Shown: piece by piece, positions 25,101 to 35,411 of the stretch
Numbering within the stretch: position 1 is the first letter of the stretch
Layout of the letters: each line of letters opens with the position of its first letter
Assembly (NCBI GenBank): GCA_000708835.1
Contig: DF236971.1
Span: 124,001-188,000, forward strand
DNA from: Klebsormidium nitens
Taxonomy: Eukaryota; Plantae; Klebsormidiophyceae
Direction of reading: 5' to 3'
DNA: 64,000 nucleotides
The notes under the pieces: model-generated
The model's database searches: none
Told to the model about the DNA's origin: nothing
Seen by the model: only the letters and a program-made list of their open reading frames with translations
Translations under genes and position numbers: made by a program

Positions 25101-28100
25101 TCGAAGCCTCAGCATCAGAATTTAAGAATATCCCTCAGTAACGGGTGTCAATCTTGTCATAGCTTTGCCTTCAGAAGGAACCATTTGAGAAAAGCTGCAT
25201 TTTGACCTAGGCTTCAACTTTCGATTGTTTCTGTTCACGTGCCATGTGTCCTCTCAGGCTCGATTGAGTTTGAGCTGGTGACTATTCTGTAATTATCAAT
25301 GTGCTCGCTTCACTCTTCCTCAGGGTTGCTTTTTCCGAAGCCGAGCATCAGATTCTAGATTCCTGCTCTTCAGAATCCTTGGGTGCAGCGCTCAAAGTTA
25401 CCCTTGAACTGTTTACAGGTAGCCAAGGTGGTGCCAAAACGGACCCGATCGTCATCGGGAACCCAAGCGGCGGCTCCCCTGCCAAGTTGCAGCCCCAAAC
25501 GGTGGGAGAAGCGCTGGATGCGCTGAAGGGCGTAGGCGGATTTGGAGAGGGCCGCTTGCAGAAGCCTGACGGCACCATCTTGGCTCGCAGCAGCCCGCTG
25601 GAACCGGGGGTAGTATTCGTTCCGAATGTCCCTAAAGGTGGGCCAACCAGCCTGTCAAATCATCGCTCGCTTCAATCCCAGATGTTCTGAAGTTCAGGTT
25701 CGTTTCTCCGAATGTTCTTTGCAAAGCCGTCTTTACGAATTGGTGACTTAAACTACGTGATAATCTTCAGAGTCTTCCTTAGAATGTGGCCTCTTTTTTC
25801 CAATATGCTGCCCTTGAGCTTGTACGCTGTGTCAGAACCCAATGTTACGTTTCTCCCTTTTCTGCAGGAAAAACTGACCCTCCAAAGAAGGACGACTCCA
25901 GCGCTGGCCAGCCAGCAAGCCGTGAGGGCGACGGCCACGCGCCCAACGGGACAGAGAAGGGCGGCACAGCAGCCAGGGATGCTTCTGGAGGTGAGAACAA
26001 CGCACGCATTTTGGTATCCGGGCAACGCAGCCCCAGCGACAAGAATCTAATAATGGCCCCTCTCAAGCAAAGACCTCAACGTAGTTCTCTGCTTGCGATA
26101 CTTTCAAAGCTCTACTTCCGCAGGATCCTTCAATGGCCTGTTTAGAAATTGACATCAGCAACTCCGTACGAGCTAAGCTGCAAATGTATGCAGCGGTTGG
26201 ACGGTCGCATCATGCCTCGTTGGTCTCCCGCATCTTGTTTTGACAACGGTCCAGCTGGACAGCTGGACTTCCGATACAGAATAAGTCGTTGTTGCGCTCG
26301 GCTGCGTCTTCAAACACAATCCGGGACATCCTCCGGGAGCTCTCCTGCCTCCCGTGGGAGCTTTACGGTGCCCTTCGACCAATCGCAGGTGGCAAAAGCG
26401 GCGGCAGCAAGGACCCAATTGTCATCCAAAACCCTCGGAGCGGCGGCTCCCCTGCAAAGTTGCAACCCCAGACCGTTGGGGAAGCGCTCGATGCGCTGAA
26501 GGGCGTGGACGGCTTCGGGGAGGGTCGCTTGCAGAAGCCCGATGGCACAATTTTGGCTCGCGGCAGCCCGTTGGAACCGGGGGCAGTGTTCGTTCCGAAC
26601 GTTGCCGAAGGTGGGCCAACCAGCCTGCTAGAATAACGCTCTTGTTCACCTAAGCAAGGCTTGCATCCACAGGCCTAGTTGGTTTGCATGTCTCCTTTGT
26701 CTTCCCGAATGTCCTTCAAAAAGCCGTCTTTAGGGAGCCTTGAACCAGGTGATGATTTGAAAGTTTCCTGAGCAATGTGGACTCTCTTCAACACGCTGCT
26801 CGTGAGCTCGTGCACAGCAACAGAAGACAATCTTTGCTCCTCTCTTTTTGGGCAGAAAAAGCTGACCCTCCGAAGAAAGACGACTCCAGCGCTGGCCAGC
26901 CAGCAAGCCGCGAGGGCGACGGCCGGGGGCCCAACGGGGCAGAGAAGGGCGCAGGAGCTGGTGACGCTTCTGGAGGTAAGAATTGCGTGGGCAGTGCGGA
27001 TTACCTTTCGTGCAAGGCAGCCCAGTCCGGATTTGGTCCCCCTCAAGCCAAGTCCTCACTGTTGTTTTACCGCTTGCCAACAGTTCTGCAGCTCTTAGAC
27101 TCCTACGATGTTCCCCCAAGACTAACGATCCGAAAGTCGAATGAAAGACAAGAAACCAAAATAATGAAGAAGGCTGTCCTCCCATCAGCATCGGACAGTC
27201 GCACTTTGCTTCTTTTCACATGCCGTGTCCTTTGGCGGTCCGATCGGCCTGAATTGAGTCAGGATTGCCGTGCGCTCACCCTCATCTCAGATTGCATCCT
27301 TGAGAGCAAATCTGGAACCGATATTTTCGAGTCCTCTGGGAGGTTTGAGATGCTCATTCCACCATCTGCAGGTGGCAAAAATAAGGAGCCAATCGTCATT
27401 GAGAACCCGAGCGGCGGTCTTCCTGCCAAGCTGCAGCCCCAAACGGTGGGGGAAGCGCTGGATGCGCTGAAGGGCGTGGACGGCTTTGGGGAGGGCCGCT
27501 TGCAGAAGCCCGACGGCACCATCTTGGCACGCGGCAGCCCACTAGAACCGGGGGCAGTCTTCGTTCCGAACGTCGCAAAAGGTGGGCAACTCAACATACT
27601 GGTATCTGAGTTCTCGCCCTTGGTCGCCTAAGCAGGACTTCGCTTCCAAACTAGCTAGCTCGCACTCCATTGGTCTGAAATTCATGTGCCGACGTGTGCT
27701 TAGACAAGCCGTGACATAGGCAGGAGAGGGCTTGAACCGGGTTGTGATCAAGCGTCGACGACAAGAGACGGAACTGTGTTCATCTATTTTTGGCAGGAGA
27801 AAAAGCTGACCCTCCAAAGAAGGACGACTCCAATACAGGCCAGCCAGCAAGCCGTGAGGGCGACGGCCGTGGGGCCAACGGGGCAGAGAAGGGCGGAGCT
27901 GGGGACGATTCTGGAGGTGAGAATCGCGTGCGCATTGCGGGTCAGCTTCCGTGCGACGCAGCCCAATCAGCAAGATATCTGGATATGGCCCCTCTCAAGC
28001 AAAACCTTCATCAAATTTTATCTGCTTGCAGCAACCTCAAAGGTCTAATTTTGCAGGATTCTTCATAGTTTTGACATTGACAATAAGCAATCCGTACGGA

Positions 28101-31100
28101 ATAGGCTTCAAGTTCACGCAGCAATCGGATATTCGCACCTTGCCCCGGTGTTTCGGGTTCCGTGTTTTCTTTGCGCTCCGATCGGACTTACGAATGTTCA
28201 AGTTCTCATTGCGCTTCGCTCACTTTGGCTTATGCTGCCCTTTTAGAGCAACTATGGAAGCAGATTTTTCCCTACTTCTGTGGGAGTTTGAGGTGCTCGT
28301 TCTCCATTGGCAGGTGGCAAAGGCAGTGCCAACAAGGACCCGATTGTTATTGGGAACCCGAGCGGCGGTGCTCCTGCTAAGTTGCAGCCCCAAACCGTTG
28401 GGGAAGCGCTGGATGCGCTGAAGGGCGTGGACGGCTTCGGGGAGGGCCGCTTGCAAAAGCCCGACGGCACCATCTTGGCCCGCGGCAGCCCGCTGAAACC
28501 GGGAGTAGTTTTCGTCCCGAATGTTGCTGAAGGTGGGCGCATCAGCATGCTAGGATGTTGCAGCACTTGGTCGCTTGAGCAGGGCTCATAGATTAGCGTG
28601 CACTGAGCATCTAGACCAAAGTTCTCTTTCAAGTGCCCAAGTGCTTCATGCGCCGCAGTGGATGGAGCGCAGGGCTTGCATCGGAGGTATACGGAGGCTA
28701 CGAAATACTTTAAGCCAAAACGTTATCCTCCTGCTCTCGGCAGGAAAGGATGACCCACCTGAGAAGGATGATTCCGGCAACGGCCGAGGGTCTGGCGGGG
28801 CGGAGAAGGCACAAATGCTGCTGGAGGTGAGAAGAACGAATGCGCTTTGCTCTCACCTTTTGAGTGACGCATCTCAATTCTCAGCGTCAACACTTTTGAT
28901 CTCGACCCCTTTCGAACGCAAAGGCCTCATTCGAGTTGTGCCGCCCGCAGAGCTTCCACCGCTCGTTATTGCAAGACTGATTGCTGCGTTCCTGCTAGCG
29001 CAACGTGAGTACCGCAACTTGCCTCGTTGCTTCATTGTGCCGTGCAGTTGTTTTGGCCCGATCAAGAGTACTTGTCTTTAAGTCTGATTCAAGTCGGTAT
29101 ATGTTGCCTCTTTTAGGCTAGGGGTCATCTCTAGCTCTCAAGGTACTACGAGGCACTCTTCGACCATTTGCAGGTGCCAACAAGGAGCCGATTGTAATTG
29201 AGAACCCGGGCGGCAGTTCTCCTGCAAAGATGCAACCCGGCCAAACTGTGGGGGAAGCGCTGGATACGCTGAGGGGCATGGACGGCTTCGGGGAGGGCCG
29301 TTTGCAGCGCCCCGACGGGACCATCTTGGCTCGTGGCAGCCCATTAGAACCGGGGGTGGTGTTTGTCCCGAACGTTGCTAAGGGTGAGGTCGATCAACTG
29401 CTAGTTAAGTTTCCTTCGTTAGCTGCCGCCAAACAGACGGCCCGTTTTTGTCCTCGGCCGTTCGGTTCAATGTCCTCCTTTCAACATGCACGGACAGTAT
29501 GAGTCGGAATCAGGGAATCTCTTTTCCTGCGAGTCGGCCGATGAGGAGGCCGTACTTCCAGTCTCCTCTCGAATGGTCACCACAAAAGCCAGGTCTATAG
29601 ATCCTACTTGGTGTTACTTTTGACGGGATACGAAAGTAGGGTGGAGAATAGTGCATAACAAAGGTAATTATCCTAGCCGTCAGCAGGCAAAATCGAAACT
29701 GACACGATGGACCGACCAAAGACGCACTGAAGACCGGCGAGCGTACCTGGGTGTGGAAAAGGACAGCCTCCTTTCCGGATTGGTCGTGTGCAAACAGATT
29801 CATTCATCGGGCGGCTGGGGATTGTGGTCGCTTTCGTCATCTTTGCTCTGAGCAGGCGGGAGAAAGTATTGTCGGATCCGGCAGATACTTGACGACCTCA
29901 CCGGCATCTTGTTGCAGATAAGGGCAAACCGGCAGAGCCAAAGCCGCTGGAGCCAAAGCCGGCGGAACCGAAGCCGGCGGAGCCAAAGCCGGCGGAACCA
30001 AAACCGGCTGAACCAAAGCCGGTGGAGCCGAAGCCGGCCGAGCCAAAGCCCGCGGAGCCAAAGCCGGCGGAACCGAAGCCGGCGGAGCCAACTCCGACGG
30101 AACCGAAGCCGGCCGAGCCAAAGCCCGCAGAACCGAAGCCTGCAGAGCCAGTTCCGACGGAACCGAAGCCGGCCGAGCCAAAGCCGGCGGAACCGAAGCC
30201 GGCAGAGCCAACTCCGACGGAACCAAAGCCGGCAGAGCCAAAGCCGGCGGAACCGACGGATCCAAAGCCAGCGGAACCAAACCCGCCGGCAAAAGAGACA
30301 CCGGCGGCTGACCCCAGCGAGCAGCCGATTCCCCCGAATCAGCCCCCAAGCCTGCTCAGTAAGACACTCTTCGCCGCTTCCTTCGAACGGATACGTAGTT
30401 TCCCAGGCATCATTCAACTCTTGCTGGCCCTGTTCGTATCGACTTTTTCAAATGTTTGCTTCTTCCAGACCTGTTCCACGTGTATTGAGGGGCAACATAT
30501 ACACGTGCGGAGGGTAGGCAGGAATATCAGTAGTGACATAAGTCGACGGGGTATTGGGCGCTTATAGAAGAAGTACATAACAGGCTTCTTTGTGTAAGTC
30601 CAAGTCTCTTGACTTTTCGAGACCGGCACTAGATCTCTCACGCTTTCACGTCGCGCGTCCTGCAGAGAACTGGGACTTCGAGAACGAGAGAGAGGCCTTC
30701 AAGAACTACAAAGGGGACCGCGTGGTGGACATGCGGTCAACCGAGCTGACCGACTGGAGGATCACCAAAGGCAACGTCGAACTCATCGGCAGCGGCTGCT
30801 TCAAAGCACAGAGCGGGGACTACTGCGTGGACCTTACCGGCCGTCAACCGGGCGGCGTCGAGCAGGTAAGGAAGCGGCAGACTACGGAGACCTCCTTTTT
30901 GAATGTGTGTAGTCTTCGGCGGAGGTTTTGAATGGAGTTGCGAGACTGCTCAGATGGCTTTCCAGCCAAGGGTACGGAAGAGGCGTTACGGGCTTCGAGC
31001 CAGTCTAACCAATAAGGCGTGCTTTTTAGAGCTGACGGTCATAGCTTTAATTGAAGACGGCTCGAATTGCTTCCAACCTTCGGTTTCAAATGAAGACTGC

Positions 31101-33607
31101 GCTTCAGGCCCTTTTGTGTAGCAAAGCAAAGCAAGGCTTGAGGCAACCATACAGGCCTTACGCGCATTTTTCGCTGCGCTGGCCGCGCTGTGTCCTTCGA
31201 CCTTTCAAGAATATTTTACCTCTCAGTAGCATGGGAAGAAGTTGCCACTAGCAAACGACCCTCCGACGCCCCCTGTGCAGTCCTTCGACACCGAGAAAGG
31301 GGCGATTTACACCGTCACTTTCGGCCTCGCCGCCAATCCGGAGCATCCGGGGACCGACATCGTGCACGTGTCTGTCGGCGACTTCAAGAAGGCAATCACG
31401 TCTCCCAAGTCGCCCTTCAACAAGAAGGGGGGCAAGCCCTACCCCTCCAAGTGGGCTGACGTCACCTTCGCCTTCAGAGCGACCGAGTCGAGGTCTACGA
31501 TCCGTTTCGAGTCACCATGCGGCAACAAGGGAGTCTACGGGCCTTGCATCGACAATGTCAGGATCGTCAAGGGTGAGTCTGGAACGACGTCTGTGCTTAG
31601 TCTGCAGTCTCAGAACCGGTTTCAAATCCGCACAAGACTGTTTTGACCGGATCCTTGCTGACAAGAGTCAGAGCACCACCCGCCGACTCGCCGACTGGTG
31701 TCAATACCTCCAACATCTGTCAGATCTGGGCAGTGTGTATGACACGCTGATAGGGTCAATCCCAACAGTGCTGCACCTAAGCTTACTTGGGATCCCTTTC
31801 ACGCTCTTTCGGCAAAGCGACAGCTTTGTTTATAATCGGGAGAATTATCAGACGTGGTCGGTAGAGGTACGTCCCTGCAATATGCACATAGCATTCGTTT
31901 TTGCAGCAGGCGTCTGTTTCTCTCTTCTGCTGAAATCCAGTCTTGCATGTCTTTCTGTCTTCTCGCGTACAAAATGTGCCTTTCCGTCTTTCTGCAGGTG
32001 GAAAGCTGCCACAGCCGAGCCCCAATCTGATCAGTAAGGCCTCCACTCAAATCAGAATCTTGCAGCTAACTCCGTAGACTCATCTCCTCATTTGCATCAT
32101 AAACGAAGAGCTTGAACTCTCGCTCAGAGTCCTGACAGCCGTCCGTTTGAAGCGAATCCCGACGAGAGACAAGTAGCACCTCTTGCTTGGATTCGTTGTT
32201 TTTAGTTCGTCTCATTCTGGAACCCACTTTCCTGCCTCACCAAAGTCATTGATGCTTCTTTCTCGCTTTCTACGCTTGATGGGCGGTGCATATCGCTTTT
32301 TGTTAGAGCTTGTGGAAGCTCTTCCCTACATCAAGAGCCATCTCGTACCCGCCTCGCCCTAACCCCCGCGTCTCTTTCTTGCAGAGAACGGTGACTTTGA
32401 GGACAGCCCGCCGGACGTCATCGACCGCGCTAACCCCGACAGGAATGTGAAGGCCGGGTCAAACGAGATCCCGCACTGGACCGTTGGCAAAAGTGACGTG
32501 GACCTCCAGCGGCGCGACCCGGGCACGTGGGGCTTCGCTCAGTCCGGCGACTTCCACATCGACCTCAACGGACGTCACGCCGGGTCCATCCAGCAGGTGC
32601 GCTTCGACGAAGTTTCGGACTGTCAGAACATTTAAATTTTCGGGTTTAGAAATTTCAAGACTTTGCGACATTGGCCCTTACGTCTTCAAAGTGGTTCTTC
32701 TTTGACATACTTGGCGAGTTGTCCGTACCTTATCTGACGGCTCCCGACCCATTTATTGCCCATTAGCCCACTGGACGGAGGCCTGAGACGTCCCCGCTGC
32801 ACAAAGACGGCAGACGACGTCCGTGTTGCCTAATGCTGTCAACAAGTGACGTATCTGCGCACCACGGCTGTCAAAAGTCCTTTAGTCCTCTCTTAAGAGC
32901 TCAGCGTTTGCAATGCCACCTTCAATTCAATCAAAACGTTCGCCATACAGAAGGAGCTTGAGTAGCGGCACACCAATCCATTCTCGCGCATGACGTCATG
33001 CTCGCCTTGCTTTCATTCTACTTGAGAATCGGTTTGATATGCCACTTCTGCACAGGACTTACTCAGGTGCTAAGCAGACATTACCAGACTAGAGTATTCG
33101 ACAAGGTATCCCACAAACAACCGGTATATAACCTTGCTCTAGGGCTGTTATCGCCCAAGTCAACTTATTGGACATAAGACTATTTCCTAACCAGCCCATA
33201 ACCACCCCTGGTCAACGTCCAGAAATATTTGTTTCGATAATCTTGAGCAACGCCCCCTGCAGACGTTCCCCACCACGCCGGGCCAGAAGTACGTCGTCCG
33301 CTTCGCGCTGGCCGGCAGCCCCGCCGGGCACCAGCGCAACAAGACTCTCGACGCAATCGTGACCGTTGCTGACGTCAGGAAGGTCATCCAGTCGCCGCCG
33401 GGCCAAGACGGGAAGTCGACCTTGTGGGAGACCCACACGTTTGAGTTCACCGCCACGGCTGATCAGAGCACTCTTAAATTCGAAGGGGAGGACTCTAACA
33501 ATAGCGCGTATGGCGTGTTGCTTGACAACGTTGCGGTCGTGCCGGCCGGGGCGAAGATACCGGTGACGGAGCCGGATTATGATAAGCATACGGTGGAGTT
33601 TGTTTAG
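7146..33607 (+). CDS. Giant modular repeat protein, probably extracellular/cell wall (at least 45 exons, about 2,500 aa); start codon not resolved
   Basis: A chain of exons bounded by (y)ag|...|gt, phase 1 at both ends: 7146-7253 (Thr-rich), A repeats 8170-14983, 15431-15511, 15985-16158, B/linker array 16686-29383, and KPAEP exon 29918-30358. The final exons are 30666-30865, 31281-31572, 31998-32033, 32385-32596 and 33263-33607 (TAG). No internal stop or new start separates the blocks, but two exons are 1 nt short and three donors are non-canonical, so a single transcript is inferred, not proven. Confidence 0.7.
12826..12887. repeat. Perfect 31-bp tandem duplication in the intron after exon A10
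   Basis: gctcgaatccagatgaacccactttgggaat occurs twice back to back; the paralogous introns carry only one copy. Confidence 0.9.
13448..14094. other. Assembly gap (647 N) inside the type A exon array
   Basis: Run of N; about 48 bp on either side are identical. Confidence 0.99.
16686..29383 (+). repeat. Array of 12 exons encoding a ~60-aa repeat domain (type B, PQTVGEALDALKGVDGFGEGRLQKPDGTILARGSPLEPGxVFVP) alternating with 11 Gly/Asp/Pro/Lys-rich linker exons
   Basis: B exons: 16686-16939, 17849-18070, 19495-19719, 20799-21014, 22232-22465, 23501-23719, 24476-24694, 25419-25637, 26389-26610, 27372-27581, 28314-28532, 29174-29383. Linker exons: 17321-17413, 18870-18971, 20231-20356, 21451-21546, 22979-23083, 23970-24077, 24934-25065, 25868-25990, 26856-26975, 27797-27916, 28744-28826. 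Confidence 0.92.
29918..30358 (+). repeat. Coding 15-bp minisatellite: about 22 tandem KPAEP-type pentapeptides in one 441-nt exon
   Basis: Repeating AAG CCG GCN GAR CCR units; acceptor ttgcag| at 29917 and donor |gtaaga at 30359. Confidence 0.95.
30666..31572 (+). other. DUF642/choice-of-anchor-C-like (galactose-binding-like beta-sandwich) domain 1 of the giant protein
   Basis: Spliced sequence SLLKNWDFE...DWRITKGNVELIG...SGDYCVDLTGRQPGGVEQ|SFDTEKGAIYTVTFGLAANP...WADVTFAFRATESRSTIRFES...YGPCIDNVRIV matches the motif layout of this family, recognised from memory. Confidence 0.8.
32385..33607 (+). other. DUF642/choice-of-anchor-C-like domain 2 (C-terminal) of the giant protein
   Basis: NLIKNGDFE...EIPHWTVGKSDVDL...SGDFHIDLNGRHAGSIQQ|TFPTTPGQKYVVRFALAGSP...WETHTFEFTATADQSTLKFEG...YGVLLDNVAVV. 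Confidence 0.82.
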
Positions 33608-35411
33608 ATGAAAGTTTGTTGAGTTGAGAAGGGGAAGCTCGGCTCACAAGCGTTCCCGTCACCGTCGCCTCGTCCGTGTCGTTTTCGTAGGTTGATAATC
33701 AGATTTTTTTATCAATGCCCTTTTTTCCCGGGGCAATTTTGGCGGCTGTATTTGGACGGTAGAGAGCCAATGAGACAATCATGTCAGGTTAATTGAACAC
33801 CACAGTGACAGACTAACACGTACCCCAGTAATAAACTTGAAATGCACTTTGTGATCCTTGTCAAGCTTTTGCCGTCCTCAAGCACGGTAATCCCAGTCGC
33901 CGTCTAAAGCCATGTAATAATCGTTCTCTGTTTCAGATCGAATCCGATCAGAATCAGTGCATGGTCCGCACGGTTGGGTCCGACCGAGAAACTCCAAAAG
34001 AAATATCGTGCATGCAGTTTACAGACGGTCCTGGCAGATGCAAGTACCTTTTGAAAGGTCGAACGGAGCCGCCATTGAAACAAAGAAGCAATTTTTGCCA
34101 AGCAACTTTGCCAGAATCGCTGCACCCAACCAGAATGTGGCAAAATAGCGACTGCTGAGCATCTAATCATTGAACTTATCATTTTTGGCATGCTATTCAA
34201 GTAATTGATTCGGTTGCCCGCCGGGACTCGGGGTATCAATCAATGGGTGACCAGACCACAAGATTGCGGGGAGATTGCGATCGTATGCAGTGCGTGCCGT
34301 CGTCAAGCTGCCACGTGTCATGTCGAGCATCACCAAGCACTGATGAGCAGCCAGCGGGTATGCAGGCTCAACCCGGCCGGGCGCCGGGTGTTGCGCAGTG
34401 GGCCGGCACCAACTGGCTTCAAATGGTGAATAACCGTCATGTCCCATCCTGACTCAGTGGCTCGGTCTGCTTGTGCATACCGCCAGCCTTTCAATCATGC
34501 AAGCTTCATTAAAATGATCCGACCGGTACATGCGCGCTGCAATAGCGATATATGATATATGAGAAGAGAGCGGACAACGGGACGGAGATAACTGAGTTGA
34601 TCATTCTATGCAATAAAAGATAGCTACCGTTGCACTTTAATCTTATATATGAGGCGGCCGCGCCGGTCGAGCCTGTCCGTGAACACTTCTTGGGTGCGCC
34701 GTGCCGCCGGCATGCGGCCAGTCAGAGATTCATTACTTCTCTGCATGATAACTGCACGGGAACAGTGGCGGCCCGCGCTCGGATTAACATGACGGTGTCG
34801 GCTCACCTACTAGATTTGGCATACGTACAATTACGATATTGTGCCGCCCCGGCACGTGCATGCAAGGCTGGTTTCAACCTATGCTTGGACCCAAAAATTT
34901 GGGCCCGCGCATGGGCGCAGCTAGCCGCTGTTGTCAATCGTCCATATTGCCTTTAAAATCCTGTCAGTGTATGGTCCGCATGCCCACATGCCAATTACAC
35001 CAGAGTCAGGGTTGACGCCACACTCGTTTTATTTGACTTGAATTGTCGAACCACAATCAGCAGGTATCACTAGCTCAATGAAAGCACTCCACCATAGCAA
35101 CCCGGCTTGATCCATGATTTCAGCCCCGGAAACTTCGAATAACATTTGCGCTGACTCAACTCTGCTCGGCGCAGCCTTCCTTCATCAGATTCAATCCAGG
35201 CAGAACATCAAAGAGTCATCCACGTCCTTCATCCTACAAACTTGCTGATTGGGCGACCGCTTAATTTACTTGACCATCATCCCAATGATGGTCAGATACA
35301 AGAAGGTAGAAAATTCAAATCCTCATTTCCTTTTTGCCAAACTAATATCCATTACTATGTTAGCGCGAGCGATGATTGACTGAAAACGTATCTATTATAT
35401 CGTTTGATTGG

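Noticed and set aside
29800-30517. Arg-rich and Ala/Pro-rich ORFs on the opposite strand and in alternate frames over the KPAEP repeat
   Set aside because: Shadows of a stop-free 15-bp coding repeat; only the KPAEP frame has matching splice sites.
33900-35000. Palindrome- and GC-rich intergenic stretch (similar one at 51800-52760) as a possible transposon
   Set aside because: Only short palindromes; no terminal repeats, target-site duplication or transposase ORF found.
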